Of a DNA stretch of 64,000 nucleotides, positions 59,390-64,000 are shown in pieces (position 1 is the first letter of the stretch; each line of letters opens with the position of its first letter). Position numbers and translations under genes: made by a program. Location: positions 7,812,001 to 7,876,000 of the forward strand of contig OX597814.1 in the NCBI GenBank assembly GCA_951406725.2. The letters are read 5' to 3'. The notes below the pieces were generated by a model that was not told where the DNA came from, did no database searches, and was given only the letters and a program-made list of their open reading frames with translations. This stretch comes from Octopus vulgaris. Its lineage: Eukaryota.

Positions 59390-60091
59390 AATAATGTTAT
59401 TATTATTCAGTAGTTTTATTTTTATATTGTGCTTTCACTTCACTACCGAGCGCAGCTCTGTGTGCCTTAGGTATGTGCTGTGATTCATTGTGATGCTCTG
59501 ATGGTTATTGTATGGAAGGTGTTCTGCGTAGGATGTGTGCAGTGCCTAGTAGTGCAATTTTGTGTATGTTATATGTGTTTGTAAGTCCTGGTGTTTTTGT
59601 TATGTATTTGTCTGAATATTTTTTTATCATGCCTAATGCACCTAGGAATTGTTTCTGTTTTTAGATTCCACATTCTGGTTACCTCTATTTCCAGGTCTTT
59701 GTATTTTGAAAGTTTTTCCATTTCTTTTAGAGACACGTTGTCATCTGCCGGTATTGATACATCAATTAGAAAGCATTTTTTTCTTCATGATCTCTGACAA
59801 CTATATCTGGTCTGTTGGCCTTAATTTCTCTATTTGTGTGTATTGGCATATCCCAGAGTATGGTTGCTTTCTCGTTTTCTGTGACCTTTTCTGGTGTGTG
59901 TCTATACCATCTTTTTTCTGTTGTTATTCCATAATGTTGGCATAGTTTCCAGTGTATATAGGTCCCGACTCTGTCATGTCTGTGAATATATTCCTTCTTA
60001 GCCAGGACTGGGCAGCCAGAGATAATATGATTTATTGTTTCTAGTCCATCTCCACATATTCTGCAGTTACTTGTTATATTTCTTTTCATTA
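59390..60091 (-). mobile_element. R4/Dong-type LINE 3' fragment (same family as 44702-45407)
   Basis: CRICGDGLETINHIISGC...KANRPDIVVRD; near-identical UTR and (AAT)n tail. Confidence 0.9.
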
Positions 60092-60341
60092 CATCATCAT
60101 CATCATCATCATCATCGTTTAACGTCCGTTTTCCGCGCTAGCACGGGTTGGACGGTTTCGACCGGGGTCTGGGGAGCTCGGGACTGCCCCAGGCTCCAGT
60201 CTAGTCTGGCAGTGTTTCTACAGCTGGATGCCCTTCCTAACGCCAACCACTCCGCGAGTGTAGTGGGTGTTTTTTACGTGCCACCTGCACAGGTGCCAGA
60301 GGGGTCTGGCATCGGCCACGTTCGGATGGTGCTTTTTATGT
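60092..60341 (-). mobile_element. RTE LINE 3' UTR fragment
   Basis: (CAT)n followed by GTTTAACGTCCGTTTTCC, plus one unexpanded GGCCACGTTCGGATGGTGCTTTTT unit. Confidence 0.85.
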
Positions 60342-60593
60342 GGGGGGGGATGCAGAAATATATAGGGGAGCACCAGTGGGGAGGGGTGGTTCAGAGAAAT
60401 GATGACAGGTTCTAGGCAAGTAGAACGTAGGATATCAAGAGAGGGTAATGCATGGTGAAATAGCGTGTTGAAGAGGGGGTTCGAAGAGTAGACACCTATA
60501 ATGGTGGTGGGAGAAGCGACATCCGGTATAGATGGAACAAAAATATAGAGATATCCGGTATTGGTGGTGGGGGTGGGCAAGGGCGGGTGCACC

Positions 60594-63500
60594 GGGAATA
60601 TGCGAAGGTTGAACTTTAGAGAAACGGGCGGGAATGGCGATGTTTTTAGGGTGGCATGTAGAAAGAAAAGGAAAGCAAAGCAGATTGGTGGTTATAAGTT
60701 CAAAACATTTAAACGGTAGACAAATGTATGTATGTATGTATGAAAAAAGAAGGGAGAAATCGTAGCCTGCTCATGGACATCGCTGTAAGCCAGGGGAAGA
60801 AATGATAGTGAATGGTGGAGATCGAATTAAAGGGAATATGCAAAGGTTGAACTTTTAGAGAAACGGGCGGGAATGGCGATGTTTTTAGGGTGGCATGTAG
60901 AAAGAAAAGGAAAGCAAAGCAGATTGGTGGTTATAAGTTCAAAACATTTAAACGGTAGACAAATGTATGTATGTATGTATGAAAAAAGAAGGGAGAAATC
61001 GTAGCCTGCTCATGGACATCGCTGTAAGCCAGGGGAAGAAATGATAGTGAATGGTGGAGATCGAATTAAAGGGAATATGCAAAGGTTGAACTTTTAGAGA
61101 AACGGGCGGGAATGGCGATGTTTTTAGGGTGGCATGTAGAAAGAAAAGGAAAGCAAAGCAGATTGGTGGTTATAAGTTCAAAACATTTAAACGGTAGACA
61201 AATGTATGTATGTATGTATGAAAAAAGAAGGGAGAAATCGTAGCCTGCTCATGGACATCGCTGTAAGCCAGGGGAAGAAATGATAGTGAATGGTGGAGAT
61301 CGAATTAAAGGGAATATGCAAAGGTTGAACTTTTAGAGAAACGGGCGGGAATGGCGATGTTTTTAGGGTGGCATGTAGAAAGAAAAGGAAAGCAAAGCAG
61401 ATTGGTGGTTATAAGTTCAAAACATTTAAACGGTAGACAAATGTATGTATGTATGTATGAAAAAAGAAGGGAGAAATCGTAGCCTGCTCATGGACATCGC
61501 TGTAAGCCAGGGGAAGAAATGATAGTGAATGGTGGAGATCGAATTAAAGGGAATATGCAAAGGTTGAACTTTTAGAGAAACGGGCGGGAATGGCGATGTT
61601 TTTAGGGTGGCATGTAGAAAGAAAAGGAAAGCAAAGCAGATTGGTGGTTATAAGTTCAAAACATTTAAACGGTAGACAAATGTATGTATGTATGTATGAA
61701 AAAAGAAGGGAGAAATCGTAGCCTGCTCATGGACATCGCTGTAAGCCAGGGGAAGAAATGATAGTGAATGGTGGAGATCGAATTAAAGGGAATATGCAAA
61801 GGTTGAACTTTTAGAGAAACGGGCGGGAATGGCGATGTTTTTAGGGTGGCATGTAGAAAGAAAAGGAAAGCAAAGCAGATTGGTGGTTATAAGTTCAAAA
61901 CATTTAAACGGTAGACAAATGTATGTATGTATGTATGAAAAAAGAAGGGAGAAATCGTAGCCTGCTCATGGACATCGCTGTAAGCCAGGGGAAGAAATGA
62001 TAGTGAATGGTGGAGATCGAATTAAAGGGAATATGCAAAGGTTGAACTTTTAGAGAAACGGGCGGGAATGGCGATGTTTTTAGGGTGGCATGTAGAAAGA
62101 AAAGGAAAGCAAAGCAGATTGGTGGTTATAAGTTCAAAACATTTAAACGGTAGACAAATGTATGTATGTATGTATGAAAAAAGAAGGGAGAAATCGTAGC
62201 CTGCTCATGGACATCGCTGTAAGCCAGGGGAAGAAATGATAGTGAATGGTGGAGATCGAATTAAAGGGAATATGCAAAGGTTGAACTTTTAGAGAAACGG
62301 GCGGGAATGGCGATGTTTTTAGGGTGGCATGTAGAAAGAAAAGGAAAGCAAAGCAGATTGGTGGTTATAAGTTCAAAACATTTAAACGGTAGACAAATGT
62401 ATGTATGTATGTATGAAAAAAGAAGGGAGAAATCGTAGCCTGCTCATGGACATCGCTGTAAGCCAGGGGAAGAAATGATAGTGAATGGTGGAGATCGAAT
62501 TAAAGGGAATATGCAAAGGTTGAACTTTTAGAGAAACGGGCGGGAATGGCGATGTTTTTAGGGTGGCATGTAGAAAGAAAAGGAAAGCAAAGCAGATTGG
62601 TGGTTATAAGTTCAAAACATTTAAACGGTAGACAAATGTATGTATGTATGTATGAAAAAAGAAGGGAGAAATCGTAGCCTGCTCATGGACATCGCTGTAA
62701 GCCAGGGGAAGAAATGATAGTGAATGGTGGAGATCGAATTAAAGGGAATATGCAAAGGTTGAACTTTTAGAGAAACGGGCGGGAATGGCGATGTTTTTAG
62801 GGTGGCATGTAGAAAGAAAAGGAAAGCAAAGCAGATTGGTGGTTATAAGTTCAAAACATTTAAACGGTAGACAAATGTATGTATGTATGTATGAAAAAAG
62901 AAGGGAGAAATCGTAGCCTGCTCATGGACATCGCTGTAAGCCAGGGGAAGAAATGATAGTGAATGGTGGAGATCGAATTAAAGGGAATATGCAAAGGTTG
63001 AACTTTTAGAGAAACGGGCGGGAATGGCGATGTTTTTAGGGTGGCATGTAGAAAGAAAAGGAAAGCAAAGCAGATTGGTGGTTATAAGTTCAAAACATTT
63101 AAACGGTAGACAAATGTATGTATGTATGTATGAAAAAAGAAGGGAGAAATCGTAGCCTGCTCATGGACATCGCTGTAAGCCAGGGGAAGAAATGATAGTG
63201 AATGGTGGAGATCGAATTAAAGGGAATATGCAAAGGTTGAACTTTTAGAGAAACGGGCGGGAATGGCGATGTTTTTAGGGTGGCATGTAGAAAGAAAAGG
63301 AAAGCAAAGCAGATTGGTGGTTATAAGTTCAAAACATTTAAACGGTAGACAAATGTATGTATGTATGTATGAAAAAAGAAGGGAGAAATCGTAGCCTGCT
63401 CATGGACATCGCTGTAAGCCAGGGGAAGAAATGATAGTGAATGGTGGAGATCGAATTAAAGGGAATATGCAAAGGTTGAACTTTTAGAGAAACGGGCGGG

Positions 63501-64000
63501 AATGGCGATGTTTTTAGGGTGGCATGTAGAAAGAAAAGGAAAGCAAAGCAGATTGGTGGTTATAAGTTCAAAACATTTAAACGGTAGACAAATGTATGTA
63601 TGTATGTATGAAAAAAGAAGGGAGAAATCGTAGCCTGCTCATGGACATCGCTGTAAGCCAGGGGAAGAAATGATAGTGAATGGTGGAGATCGAATTAAAG
63701 GGAATATGCAAAGGTTGAACTTTTAGAGAAACGGGCGGGAATGGCGATGTTTTTAGGGTGGCATGTAGAAAGAAAAGGAAAGCAAAGCAGATTGGTGGTT
63801 ATAAGTTCAAAACATTTAAACGGTAGACAAATGTATGTATGTATGTATGAAAAAAGAAGGGAGAAATCGTAGCCTGCTCATGGACATCGCTGTAAGCCAG
63901 GGGAAGAAATGATAGTGAATGGTGGAGATCGAATTAAAGGGAATATGCAAAGGTTGAACTTTTAGAGAAACGGGCGGGAATGGCGATGTTTTTAGGGTGG
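60594..64000. repeat. 239-bp tandem satellite, at least 14 copies, running off the window edge
   Basis: GGGAATATGCAAAGGTTGAAC recurs at 60832, 61071, 61310 and onward; copies look identical; each has an internal (TATG)n. Confidence 0.98.

Overview
Eukaryotic, AT-rich DNA made almost entirely of repeats. The repeat repertoire (CORE-type tRNA SINEs, (GAT)n-tailed RTE LINEs, (TAA)n-tailed R4/Dong LINEs, TA/CA/GATA microsatellites) suggests a cephalopod such as Octopus; that assignment is inference only. No intact host protein-coding gene is evident, and most listed ORFs come from microsatellites, minisatellites or decayed transposons. Main contents: a head-to-tail Helitron dimer (1000-6866) carrying a PIF1-helicase-only ORF; a minus-strand Helitron (14190-19527) that splits a hammerhead ribozyme; nested long-TIR foldback MITEs; L1/Tx1-type LINE pieces, including an ORF1-only poly(A) element; RTE LINEs whose 3' UTR has expanded into multi-kb minisatellites; a CR1-like LINE; a Naiad-type Penelope-like element (37683-44283) with inverted hammerhead-bearing terminal repeats and a nested hAT; a Mag-type Gypsy element inside an R4/Dong LINE that itself holds a HERO-like LINE; and a homogeneous 239-bp satellite running off the right edge. 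The most distinctive signals are: (i) about ten type-I hammerhead motifs, several with oversized stem II and set in inverted repeats beside (TA)n tracts; (ii) a TGA at a conserved Cys of the Naiad zinc finger; (iii) doubled primer-binding sites about 55 bp apart in two unrelated LTR elements. All calls were made by eye, without database searches.
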